Position numbers and translations under genes: made by a program. Below the pieces are notes generated by a model. It worked only from the letters and a program-made list of their open reading frames with translations. It did not search any database and was not told the origin of the DNA. From the IMG/VR virus record IMGVR_UViG_3300015608_000687: a stretch of 64,000 bases of DNA; one strand, written 5' to 3'. Shown here piece by piece: positions 26,804-36,420 of this stretch; within the stretch, counting starts at the first letter, position 1; each line of letters starts with the position of its first letter. This DNA comes from an uncultured virus (IMG/VR IMGVR_UViG_3300015608_000687). Its lineage: Duplodnaviria; Heunggongvirae; Uroviricota; Caudoviricetes; Crassvirales.

Positions 26804-28612
26804 ATGTGTTTAGATTGTAACGACCCTATTCAAGTTCCAATAGTAACAACAACAGTTACAAATGGTCAAGATGGACAATCTGTATATGCATACTATGCAT
26901 CTGCAGATGATAATGCGGGAAGTGGTTACACTTATCCTGCAAATGAATCTCAAGTATATAGAGCTTTATTAATAACCAATACTCCTATTACAAATCCTGT
27001 AGTAGCTGATTTCAGTGGACTTTGGTATCAAGCTATTGGTACTAATGGTACTAACGGAACTAATGGAACCAACGGTACTAATGGAGTATTTGGTGGCGTA
27101 AGCTTTGAATATAATTTCTCAGGTTTTAATCTTACTGGAGACCCCGGTTCTGGAAATATTAGATTTTCAGGAAGTACTGCTGCTTTAACATCAGCGATTA
27201 ATATAAGTTCAACAGATGTAAATGCTGTAAACTTACTTAATCTTTATGCTTTTTTAACCAGCTCTACTAACATAAACAAATCATTTATTAAAGTAACTTC
27301 TAAAACAGATTCTTCTAAGTATGCTGTTTATTCAGTAGCTGGTGCTGGCATCTCTACAATTAACTATGTAAATCTTTCTGTAAACTATTTAGGTGGTAGT
27401 ACAACTACATTTAATTCTTCAGATAGAGTATTATTTACCTTTGTAACTAATGGAGATACTGGTGCTACTGGTCCTCAAGGTCCAGCAGGAGCTTTTATTA
27501 TAGATACTATTGCTGGTGGAACACAAGCATATCCTGCTGCAGCAACTCAAGGTAGTGCTTATAGGTTTACTGGAAATGGTACTATTTCAGATAGTGGTGC
27601 AGGTTTAGCTAATGTGAAAAGATTCTTCACTAATGATGTATTATATTGTATAGACGATTCTACTGTGTCCGATGGTACTAAATGGTTTATTTGGCATGGT
27701 TTTCCAAGACCTTTTAAACCTGGCGCCGGAACAGACGCTTTAATACAAAATACGGCTAATCCCGGGGTAGCTGCAGGCACAAGCGCCATAGCCCTTAACG
27801 ATCTAAGCTCCGCCGCTGGTACTAATAGCTTAGCCGCCGTCGGTGGCAACGCTTCTGCACCAAGATCTACAGCTATAGGAACTACGGCCCAAGCTTCAGC
27901 AGCAGACGCCGTAGCTGTCGGCGCCAATAATAACGTTAGCGGCGCGGCAGCCTCAGCTCTTGGAGTGGGTAATATAGTATCCGGAACAGGGTCATCAGCT
28001 GTTGGCCAAGAAAATACCGTTAACGCTGTTCCTGTAGCAGCTGTAGCCATTGGTTACCGTAATGTTATAAACAGCTCCGCTATAGCCGCAATAGCAACAG
28101 GAAGAGCTGGAAAAGCAACATTTCCAGCTGAACTGGCACATGGATTCGGCTCTTGGGCCGGCACCGGGGAAAGTATGTTTCGTGTGGTTTCTCAAGCTGT
28201 TAGAACAACCAATAACGCAGCCACACCGTTAGTAACCGGAGTACAGGCCGCCGGGTTGCTAACGCTGGAGAACAACAGAGCATGGTATTTTGAACTTACA
28301 TTAATAGCTGTTGTTACAAGCGGCAGCGCTGGTGAGATTGGTTTAACAGCTTCTTGGAAGGTTAACGGTATGATTGTGAATGATGCTGGTACTACTTCTA
28401 TACACGGTACCACGTACTATTTAGATAATACCGGATCCTACACCAACGTATCTACACCAAGACATGATGGTGTAACCGGCGGAGGTACTATTATCGGTAG
28501 CCCTTCTATAACTGTCGCAGCTTCTGGTGGAGCCCTACTGGTTACGGTTACTGGTGTAGACAGGAATTTAAGTTGGTCTGGTCACGTTATTTTACATCAA
28601 GTTGGTTGGTAA
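26804..28612 (+). CDS. tail fibre/adhesin with collagen-like and YadA-head-like repeats
   Basis: (GTN)5, GDTGATGPQGPAG, repeated A.A.G (STAIG, AVAVG, SSAVG, AVAIG). Confidence 0.75.
   Translation: MCLDCNDPIQVPIVTTTVTNGQDGQSVYAYYASADDNAGSGYTYPANESQVYRALLITNTPITNPVVADFSGLWYQAIGTNGTNGTNGTNGTNGVFGGVSFEYNFSGFNLTGDPGSGNIRFSGSTAALTSAINISSTDVNAVNLLNLYAFLTSSTNINKSFIKVTSKTDSSKYAVYSVAGAGISTINYVNLSVNYLGGSTTTFNSSDRVLFTFVTNGDTGATGPQGPAGAFIIDTIAGGTQAYPAAATQGSAYRFTGNGTISDSGAGLANVKRFFTNDVLYCIDDSTVSDGTKWFIWHGFPRPFKPGAGTDALIQNTANPGVAAGTSAIALNDLSSAAGTNSLAAVGGNASAPRSTAIGTTAQASAADAVAVGANNNVSGAAASALGVGNIVSGTGSSAVGQENTVNAVPVAAVAIGYRNVINSSAIAAIATGRAGKATFPAELAHGFGSWAGTGESMFRVVSQAVRTTNNAATPLVTGVQAAGLLTLENNRAWYFELTLIAVVTSGSAGEIGLTASWKVNGMIVNDAGTTSIHGTTYYLDNTGSYTNVSTPRHDGVTGGGTIIGSPSITVAASGGALLVTVTGVDRNLSWSGHVILHQVGW
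27038..27085 (+). repeat. 9-bp tandem repeat encoding (Gly-Thr-Asn)x5
   Basis: ggtactaat ggtactaac ggaactaat ggaaccaac ggtactaat gga. Confidence 0.85.
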
Positions 28613-28621
28613 TAATCAAGC

Positions 28622-31600
28622 ATGGGTTTAGCATTAACAACTCCTACAGTAGTAGGTCTTTATATTAACAATCTGGAAAAACTTCCGGGAGGCAATCCTG
28701 ACACAGACCCATATAATTATTTATTAGGTACTGATGGATTTGGTGCAAGCACGACTTGGGGTAATAAAATAGATAATTTAATTAACTATATGGTATCATA
28801 TGGTTACAATTATGCTTTATTTTATGACCTTCATAAACCAGATTTTATAGGTTCTGTTCCGGGAGAAGGTGCTGCTGCTGAAGCTTTTAGTGCTTCTGGT
28901 CAGGCAATACTTGAAAACATCATACCTAGATTTAAAGCTTTTGGAATATCTGTAGCAGCAATTTGTGATGTCTTTAAACCAAATGAAGTAACTAATAGGT
29001 ATGACGGCACTTCACAAATAAGAAAAATACATAAATATAATCAAGATACAGGTTTTGACGCAAATAAAACCTTTGATTGGATAAATTTTGAAACTGAGTT
29101 TTGGAATTATAGAACTGTACCTACAGTTACAAATTCTACTGCTCAAGGTACTTTTAGAATAAATAATACAGTCAGTGGTCTTGGAACCATTGATTTAGCA
29201 ACATCCCCTCCTTGTACCCAAGTACCTAACTTTTCAGTTCTTAGTACAATAGTAAGAGTTGGCGATTTAATTGAAGTTACTTCAAGTGCGCCGGGATGGA
29301 GAAATTTACAAATAAGACAAATTGTTGATGTTGGTCCTACATATCTTGTTGTAGACAGACCTTGGGAATTACCCGGTGCTTTAACTAGTTTTCCTTGTGC
29401 AACATGGACAGCTAAATCCAGAAGCAGCTCTGTAGTAGATTATAACACTTTCTTATACAGAGTTGCAGCTTGTACTTCTTATCTAAATTCTATTGGAAGT
29501 ACCATGCAATCTGAAGCTTATGTTGGATTTCCTGATTATGTATATGGTCAAAAACAGTTAGCTGATTTATATCAGATAGGCAATCTGGATAGAATATTAC
29601 TTACAGATTATGTAAGAATACCTAATTGGTCTTATATAAACGCTTCTTATTCAAGAGCAGATTCAGGAGCTACTACTTGGTATAATAGAATAGGTCAGGG
29701 TTATAATATAACAACTGCTCCTACTACAGGTAATACATATAGAAGAGTTACTGATGATATAATTCCGAACATAGACTCTAACAGAGTTATTGGAACTATA
29801 TTATCTGCTGAATCTTCTACTAAGAATAATTCAAGCTGTGTAACAAATTGTCAAGATAATAACTTTTCAGGTTATTTCTTTGAAGGTCGCTCAAAATCAG
29901 GTATAACAAGTGGAAACCTTATTTTTAGACCTTTGAATGTTAGTGGTGTTCCTATTCCTCCTCCTCCGGGTGGTGAATGTTGTGGTCCTACTCCATTTGT
30001 AGAACCTGAAGATGCAACAGGAGGTTCTCCTTTTGACCCAAGAAGTATAGATGATTCTTGGAAATATATAGTTGATAATCCAATGCCTTCTGGAGCTGGT
30101 TATGCTCCGGGAATAGCTAAGTCTTATAATAAAGCTGTTACTGATGGTGATGTAGATGACACAAATCTGACTTTTGATACTTTAATAGTATTTACTCAAA
30201 GTATCATGAGAACCTTAGTAACAGACCCTCCAATACCTCTGCTGGTAAGCATTAATACAACAAATGCAAGTTGTAGTGGTAGTGCTGATGGTGCAGCTAC
30301 GGTAGTTGTAACTAGTGGTACAGCACCATTTACCTATACTTGGACTAAAGACGGAAATCCTTATTCTGTTGTTGGACCTACAAGTGATACAACTTCTACT
30401 ATAACTGGATTAGATGCTGGTTTATACGCATGTACTGTATTAGATGGAACTGCTGCAATATATGCTGTAGCTAATCCTGTATTAGAGCCTGCTGTTCCTG
30501 TGTGGAATATGACATCTACTGATAGTAATTGTGCAGGTGAAAATGGTACTATAACTGTTACAATATCTGGTTGGACTACCGGACCTTTGACTTATACCCC
30601 TACAGAAGCTTATATTCAGATTACAGGTAATCCTGTCTGGTTTGTATTAAATGCTGGAAATAGTTGGACTAAAACTTATACTGGTTTAACTGCTGGTGCA
30701 TATGGTGGGACTCTAAGTCTTAATAGTCCGGGTAATAGTTGCGATTATACAGATACAGCTAGTATAAATGCTGGAACTAATATTACTGCTGCTATAGTAG
30801 CTGTGTTTCAACCCGAATGCTTTACATCTACACGGTTTACAGGAGTTGAAGTAAGTACTAATAGTAGTAATTTTCCAATAACTCATTCAATAACTTTTAC
30901 TAATTCTGGATTAACATATACTTCTGGTCCTATAAATTTACCAGTTTTTGCTTGGTCAAATTTACCTTATCAAGTAACTGCAGCTAGTGATACTATTACT
31001 TACACAGCAACAGATGGTTTAGGATGTACAGATACAGATTCTATTACTTTCAATTTACCTACAGAAATTGATGTAAATATACTTACAACACAGCCTACTT
31101 GTACATATAGTGGTGATGGTAGTATAAATTTAACAGTCAACGGAGGTAAAACTCCTTATAGTTATTTATGGAGTAATGGTGAAACAACTCAAGATATCAA
31201 TAATCTGTATGCTGGAATATATAGTTATACTATAACAGATGATAATGGTTGCCAGATAACTGGTACTGTAACTTTAACAGCTCCTACACCAATTATATTA
31301 AGCACGACAGTAGTACAAATTCCTGAAGGAGAAACTACTGGTGGTTCTATAAGTGTAGACAGTGTTTCAGGAGGTACTGCTCCTTATACTTATTTATGGT
31401 CTACAGGAGATACAACTAACGCAATAACAAATTTATCTGTTGGAACTTATACTGTAACTGTAACAGATGATAATGGTTGTGAAACAACAAAAACATTTAA
31501 TCTGTATGTTAGATGTGATGCTTTTGATTTAACCGAATTAAAAGTGGCTATTTATAAGGCACAATGTTGCGCTGGTAAAAAAGCACAACAGTATATTAAA

Positions 31601-31849
31601 TATCTACAAGCAGGTAGAGAAGATTTAGCTTTATGCAAAAGAGATGAATTACGTTTCTTAACAATGGCTATAGACGCTTTATATTGCATAACAGACTTAT
31701 CAACTGGATGTTTTACATGTGAACAAATAAAAAATATACTTGACCAAATTGCTAAATATTGTGACTGCGATTGCTGTGAAGAAGCAGATACAGAACAAGC
31801 TAAAGTAGATTGGGATATTGATAACAATAAATTTAATATTATAGAATAA
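28622..31849 (+). CDS. large protein: GH-like TIM-barrel domain + SprB-like repeats + Cys-rich C-terminus
   Basis: INFETEFWN; SprB-type C..DG.I.L...GG.PY.Y.WS.G.T......AG.Y..T.TD.NGC repeats. Confidence 0.7.
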   Translation: MGLALTTPTVVGLYINNLEKLPGGNPDTDPYNYLLGTDGFGASTTWGNKIDNLINYMVSYGYNYALFYDLHKPDFIGSVPGEGAAAEAFSASGQAILENIIPRFKAFGISVAAICDVFKPNEVTNRYDGTSQIRKIHKYNQDTGFDANKTFDWINFETEFWNYRTVPTVTNSTAQGTFRINNTVSGLGTIDLATSPPCTQVPNFSVLSTIVRVGDLIEVTSSAPGWRNLQIRQIVDVGPTYLVVDRPWELPGALTSFPCATWTAKSRSSSVVDYNTFLYRVAACTSYLNSIGSTMQSEAYVGFPDYVYGQKQLADLYQIGNLDRILLTDYVRIPNWSYINASYSRADSGATTWYNRIGQGYNITTAPTTGNTYRRVTDDIIPNIDSNRVIGTILSAESSTKNNSSCVTNCQDNNFSGYFFEGRSKSGITSGNLIFRPLNVSGVPIPPPPGGECCGPTPFVEPEDATGGSPFDPRSIDDSWKYIVDNPMPSGAGYAPGIAKSYNKAVTDGDVDDTNLTFDTLIVFTQSIMRTLVTDPPIPLLVSINTTNASCSGSADGAATVVVTSGTAPFTYTWTKDGNPYSVVGPTSDTTSTITGLDAGLYACTVLDGTAAIYAVANPVLEPAVPVWNMTSTDSNCAGENGTITVTISGWTTGPLTYTPTEAYIQITGNPVWFVLNAGNSWTKTYTGLTAGAYGGTLSLNSPGNSCDYTDTASINAGTNITAAIVAVFQPECFTSTRFTGVEVSTNSSNFPITHSITFTNSGLTYTSGPINLPVFAWSNLPYQVTAASDTITYTATDGLGCTDTDSITFNLPTEIDVNILTTQPTCTYSGDGSINLTVNGGKTPYSYLWSNGETTQDINNLYAGIYSYTITDDNGCQITGTVTLTAPTPIILSTTVVQIPEGETTGGSISVDSVSGGTAPYTYLWSTGDTTNAITNLSVGTYTVTVTDDNGCETTKTFNLYVRCDAFDLTELKVAIYKAQCCAGKKAQQYIKYLQAGREDLALCKRDELRFLTMAIDALYCITDLSTGCFTCEQIKNILDQIAKYCDCDCCEEADTEQAKVDWDIDNNKFNIIE

Positions 31850-31850
31850 A

Positions 31851-32240
31851 ATGGGTAGTATAACACAAGACCACAGAGAACAAATACTTAAAAATATACT
31901 TAATGTTCTTGCACAAGGACTTAACGGAAGACAATGTGTAGGATATCAGAAATTAACTCTTTCAACATCTTCAGTTTCTCGTTTAACTGTTCCTGCTGAA
32001 GCTATGTCTGCTGAAATAACAGTTGAACCGGATAGTGCCAGCACTAATGCTAATTTAGCTATTCGATATACTGTAGATAATGCAACAAATCCTGAAACAG
32101 GAACTGGTAATAAAGAAGGAGTTCCGTTGGGAGATTATGATACGCTTGAAGTTGTTAATAGAACTAACTTAACAGCTTTTAGAGCTATAGCTGCTGATGC
32201 AGCTTCAACAAAACGTCTTAAAATATTATATTATAGATGA
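31851..32240 (+). CDS. small structural protein
   Basis: ORF in fibre cluster. Confidence 0.65.
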   Translation: MGSITQDHREQILKNILNVLAQGLNGRQCVGYQKLTLSTSSVSRLTVPAEAMSAEITVEPDSASTNANLAIRYTVDNATNPETGTGNKEGVPLGDYDTLEVVNRTNLTAFRAIAADAASTKRLKILYYR

Positions 32241-33556
32241 GTAAATCAATAATTAGAAAAAAAATATTTTCTAAAGGAAGTAGGGGTTCTGGTGGCGGCG
32301 GAGGCGGTGGTGATATGTTTAAAGCTACTTATGATCCGGCAGCTTTAAATAGACAAGTCTTAACTACCGCAATTAGGATTGTAAGATTAGATTTTATTGA
32401 TTTAATCAATAAAACTAATTTTAATGGTAATAATGCGTCACTTTCAGGATTGCTTCCCAATCAGACTTACGCTGTTTCTGGAATGGATTATTATGGGTAC
32501 AGTGCAGACTGTATCTATTATGTTACGACTGTAACTAATGATAATAATGATGTTGTCCCTGCTACATCTGGATTTTTAACAGCACCGTTTTCAGCCAGCT
32601 CTAACGTGTATAAATTATCTGTGCGTTGGAATTCAGGTGCTGAAGCACCATTTGCTTGTGAGATTGATTCTAATGTATTTTATTCTATTACTTCTGGTGG
32701 AATAGGTGAACTTGACAGAACCCAAATAAATGGTACGACATTCGTAGGTTTAACGAATAACCGATTTTATGGTAACTGGGCGTTTACAACCTCATTTACT
32801 AATGCCGGACTTAATGTAAATTTAAATGGGTGCGACTTATACAATAACGTAAGTATTGATATTAAGGGAGATGAAGGTGTTCAGTTAACAGATGTTATTC
32901 TTCGCAGCTCCATTGTTTATTTTAACTCTAAATCTGATGTTGCCACTCAAACAATTACAAATTCTACAATAGAGCAAGCTACTGTTACTTTCGCATATAA
33001 TGCTTCAGCATCAACGAACTCTGTTTTGCAAAACTGTACTGTGAAGGGATTGGATTTAACAATCGGTGTTGATGTAATTCTGACCGGATGCACATTTATA
33101 GGAAAGAGTACTGGATATGCAATTAGTATTCCAGATGGAGCTAACTATACAGGCAAAACATTTGTTGAAGGAGAATGGTCTGACTTTGATACTACAATTG
33201 ATTTAAATGCCGTAGTAACTGGTACTCAGTTAGATTTACCCAACTCTTATAGATTTTTCGTAGGGGTGTATAATACAACAAATGCTGCACATACAAAATA
33301 CAATATAGACGCCATAAACATAGGAAGTGAACCTACGCACAAATTTAAAATTTACGGAAATGCTGAAGATTTAACATTCGTACCTTCTGGAATAGGTGGA
33401 GCAGTGAATGCTGGTCAATTTTTTGCCACCTATTTAATGTCAATAGCTTCAATTTATATTTTAGCAGATACATACGATTATTTAGAATTTAAAAAAGACA
33501 ATATTGAGGGAGAGCCTGACGCCCTCAGAATCACAGATTACGGAATATTAGCATAA
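32237..33556 (+). CDS. putative tail spike/fibre with beta-helix-like region
   Basis: Poly-Gly linker, GDM.K..YD motif, N/C/T-rich repeats (LNGCD, LQNCT, LTGCT). Confidence 0.6.
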   Translation: MSKSIIRKKIFSKGSRGSGGGGGGGDMFKATYDPAALNRQVLTTAIRIVRLDFIDLINKTNFNGNNASLSGLLPNQTYAVSGMDYYGYSADCIYYVTTVTNDNNDVVPATSGFLTAPFSASSNVYKLSVRWNSGAEAPFACEIDSNVFYSITSGGIGELDRTQINGTTFVGLTNNRFYGNWAFTTSFTNAGLNVNLNGCDLYNNVSIDIKGDEGVQLTDVILRSSIVYFNSKSDVATQTITNSTIEQATVTFAYNASASTNSVLQNCTVKGLDLTIGVDVILTGCTFIGKSTGYAISIPDGANYTGKTFVEGEWSDFDTTIDLNAVVTGTQLDLPNSYRFFVGVYNTTNAAHTKYNIDAINIGSEPTHKFKIYGNAEDLTFVPSGIGGAVNAGQFFATYLMSIASIYILADTYDYLEFKKDNIEGEPDALRITDYGILA

Positions 33557-33574
33557 CCTTAAAAACTAAACAAA

Positions 33575-33829
33575 ATGACAATTAACATCTTCGCAGACCA
33601 ATCTAATAATTACTATCTTGACATTGTAGAATTAGGAACTAAACTTAAAATCTCTGATGGAGAAATTGAAAAAGTTCCTTCTATCCCTAGTTCTGCTAGT
33701 GCAACAATTTTTGATAGTACAATGTCCGGATTCTTAGATAATGCACGAACTAAGAATTGGAAATTATTTGCAAATCCTAGTGATTTACTGTTTATTATTT
33801 CGGAACTTAAAATACAATTAGGAGAATAA
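33575..33829 (+). CDS. hypothetical protein
   Basis: ORF track. Confidence 0.6.
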   Translation: MTINIFADQSNNYYLDIVELGTKLKISDGEIEKVPSIPSSASATIFDSTMSGFLDNARTKNWKLFANPSDLLFIISELKIQLGE

Positions 33830-33830
33830 T

Positions 33831-34799
33831 ATGAAATCAAATAAAAAATTCACAATAGTTGAAGTTATTTTTGCCGCTGTATTAGCTGTTTTTCTTGTAT
33901 TAACTCTTGTAAAATGTAACAAAGAAGAAGATATAAAACCAAATACTGAGATACAAGGCTTTAAAGCAGTTGAAAAGCTATCTACAGCGTTGCCTGTAGG
34001 GTGGACTAGATATATGTATGTAGATAAGACTGACACTACTAATTTTACTGTTCTATCAAGATACTGTAAAGACAATAAAATACAGGGCTTATACTTTTAC
34101 TCTACAAGTTCCATTATAGATAATCAAGCTAATTGGATTTCTTGGGGTAATAAAATGAAAGTTCTTTCTGATAGTGGCGTAACAGTAAGAGCTGTAGCTA
34201 TGGGTAGTCCAAGCAGAATTACTTCTACAGGTTCTTTAACCAGATATAATAAAGCTCAGACAGATTCTTCAAAACTTGTAAATAGATACAATCTTGAAAA
34301 TGAGTTTTGGAATAATGCTACTTCCTATTCAAATTGGATAAGTCAAATGAGTACTATTTATTCAGCTAGAAATAGTTCTGATTTTTATATTGGCTGGTTT
34401 AAAAATTTAGGAACTAAACCAGATACTATTGCTGCTAAAGAAATGATTCAAAACTCTGCTAGAGTTTTAATTCATGCTTATCAACCGAATATGCCGAGTG
34501 CTTCTTATTTAAGAAGTAGATTTGAAGTCTTTGCTAAAGGTGGTAGACAAGCTAATGAAAAAGTAAGATTTTATATAATTGTGTCAACAGAACAAAAAGC
34601 ATGGGGTGCTCAAAATGATTTCTCTGGAAACATTCTTCGCTCTTATGGTTCTTACGATACTTTTGAAGCTGCTTTATACAACAATACAATTCTACCTGCT
34701 ATAAACGCGCTTCCCAGTGATTTAAAACAACGGGTTGAAATTGCAGGTGTGATTTATTTCACTAAAAGATATAACTATAGAGCAATACCTCCAAGATAA
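33831..34799 (+). CDS. putative lipoprotein with GH-like TIM-barrel domain
   Basis: Basic-hydrophobic signal ending LVKC; YNLENEFWN motif shared with 28622-31849. Confidence 0.65.
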   Translation: MKSNKKFTIVEVIFAAVLAVFLVLTLVKCNKEEDIKPNTEIQGFKAVEKLSTALPVGWTRYMYVDKTDTTNFTVLSRYCKDNKIQGLYFYSTSSIIDNQANWISWGNKMKVLSDSGVTVRAVAMGSPSRITSTGSLTRYNKAQTDSSKLVNRYNLENEFWNNATSYSNWISQMSTIYSARNSSDFYIGWFKNLGTKPDTIAAKEMIQNSARVLIHAYQPNMPSASYLRSRFEVFAKGGRQANEKVRFYIIVSTEQKAWGAQNDFSGNILRSYGSYDTFEAALYNNTILPAINALPSDLKQRVEIAGVIYFTKRYNYRAIPPR

Positions 34800-35083
34800 T
34801 GAAAACAATTTTAAAAATAATAGGCTTAATATTATTAAGTTTTCTATGTTTTGGTGGAACTACTCAAAAAGGAATTTCGGCAACTATTACATTAGATAGC
34901 TTAATAATAAGCGGTCAAGATACAGCTAATGTTAAAATTTATAATGAGGGTAAGTGTAAGTTGGACACTCTTGTTAAACTACCTTTGTATCTTGATGTTT
35001 CTAATTATGTCAGTGGAAATTATTTAATACTTGTTGGCATAAATGATGAACAATATTTTTTCAGAGCAAAACTTACGAAATGA
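34799..35083 (+). CDS. small secreted protein resembling a T9SS C-terminal sorting domain
   Basis: Signal peptide; VKIYN.G...LDVSNYVSGNYLILV...KLTK. Confidence 0.55.
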   Translation: MKTILKIIGLILLSFLCFGGTTQKGISATITLDSLIISGQDTANVKIYNEGKCKLDTLVKLPLYLDVSNYVSGNYLILVGINDEQYFFRAKLTK

Positions 35084-35084
35084 T

Positions 35085-35369
35085 ATGCAGCCTAATAATA
35101 CATTACACGATGTATTGCAGTTAGGTCTTATGGGAGGAATGTGGTCTTTTGGAACTATGCTTACTTACATAAAGACTAATCCTTTGATAATATATCTTGT
35201 AGAATTAAATACAGTAAACGATTTAATATTTCACATGCTTCAATATTCTTCTTTTATATTAACTATGGCTGTTGCTGTAGTTAATTTGAGAAAAGGATTG
35301 ATTGAGTGGAATAAAGAAAGAAAAACTAAACAAAGAAATAAAACAAAGAAAAAGGATGAAGATAGTTGA
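35085..35369 (+). CDS. putative holin/membrane protein
   Basis: Hydrophobic segments, basic C-tail, precedes a lysin-like gene. Confidence 0.55.
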   Translation: MQPNNTLHDVLQLGLMGGMWSFGTMLTYIKTNPLIIYLVELNTVNDLIFHMLQYSSFILTMAVAVVNLRKGLIEWNKERKTKQRNKTKKKDEDS

Positions 35370-35793
35370 ATTAAAAGTCTCTAGGTTTAAATATTCTCCT
35401 AAGAGTACTATAGGTATGCTCTATGTTGACAATATTTTGTTTGGTTACACTTTGGAAGACCCTGTAAGAAGACTTGAAGATAAAAACAAAGATGGTGATT
35501 TTGATGATGCTGGAGAAGGTAAGATATATGGTCAAACAGCTATTCCTGCTGGAATATATGAAGTCAAATTAACGATGTCTAACAGATTTAAAAGAATATT
35601 ACCAGAGCTTATAAATGTTCCGGGATATAAAGGAGTTAGAATTCATAATGGTAATACTCCCGATCATACTGAGGGTTGTATCTTAGTTGGAGCTACTTAT
35701 AAAGATGATTTTGTAGCTTCTTCAAGAGATACTTTAAAATCACTTATGGATTACCTTAAAGATGCTGATAAAATAACAATAAGAATAAAATAA
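35356..35793 (+). CDS. DUF5675-type L,D-transpeptidase-like protein, candidate endolysin
   Basis: YTLED, TAIPAGIY, GVRIHNGN..DHTEGCILVG. Confidence 0.8.
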   Translation: MKIVELKVSRFKYSPKSTIGMLYVDNILFGYTLEDPVRRLEDKNKDGDFDDAGEGKIYGQTAIPAGIYEVKLTMSNRFKRILPELINVPGYKGVRIHNGNTPDHTEGCILVGATYKDDFVASSRDTLKSLMDYLKDADKITIRIK

Positions 35794-35794
35794 T

Positions 35795-36277
35795 ATGGGA
35801 CTATTTACTTCACTTTTAGGAGGTGGTATAAAAGATATTAGTGCTGGTGCTAGTAGCATACTTGATAAACTGGTTACTACAGAAGCTGAAAAGCAGACTA
35901 TTAAACTTGAGTTTGAAAAAGAAATCAATAGAGTTAAAGAGTCTTTAGAAGAAAAAGCAAATGAAGTTGAAAAAGCTTATTTAGCTGATATTCAAAGTGC
36001 CAGAGAAATGAATGCCAGAATACAAGAATCTACTTCTGCTTCATGGTTATCTAAAAACATAACTCCAATACTTACATTGGTTCTTACAGCAGGCTTTTTT
36101 GGAATGGTATTCTTCTTAACGCAGTATCAGATACCGGAAGAGAATAAAGAGGTCATATACACCCTTGCTGGCTCTTTAGGGACCGCTTGGATAGCTACTG
36201 TGACTTATTATTTCGGAAGTTCTAAAGGTTCTGCGGACAAAGATTTGTCTATTAGAAATTTAATGAAGTCTAAGTAA
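35795..36277 (+). CDS. holin-like membrane protein
   Basis: ADIQSAREM, two TM helices, YYFGSS. Confidence 0.75.
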   Translation: MGLFTSLLGGGIKDISAGASSILDKLVTTEAEKQTIKLEFEKEINRVKESLEEKANEVEKAYLADIQSAREMNARIQESTSASWLSKNITPILTLVLTAGFFGMVFFLTQYQIPEENKEVIYTLAGSLGTAWIATVTYYFGSSKGSADKDLSIRNLMKSK

Positions 36278-36311
36278 TTGATTATCAAAGAAATAATATT
36301 TTCAAAAAAGC

Positions 36312-36342
36312 TTGACTTTTAGCAAAATATAGCTTACATTTG
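36312..36342 (+). promoter_or_regulatory. Bacteroidota-type promoter
   Basis: TTG(36312)-N20-TACATTTG(36335). Confidence 0.7.
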
Positions 36343-36420
36343 ACTCCCGTAATTGTAAGTTGTTAGGATGATAAACCCCGTAAGGTATATTGTCCAATTA
36401 AAAAACTAAAATTAACAAAA

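Noticed and set aside
26804..33556. Diversity-generating retroelement targeting fibres
   Set aside because: No reverse transcriptase and no TR/VR pair noticed in the window
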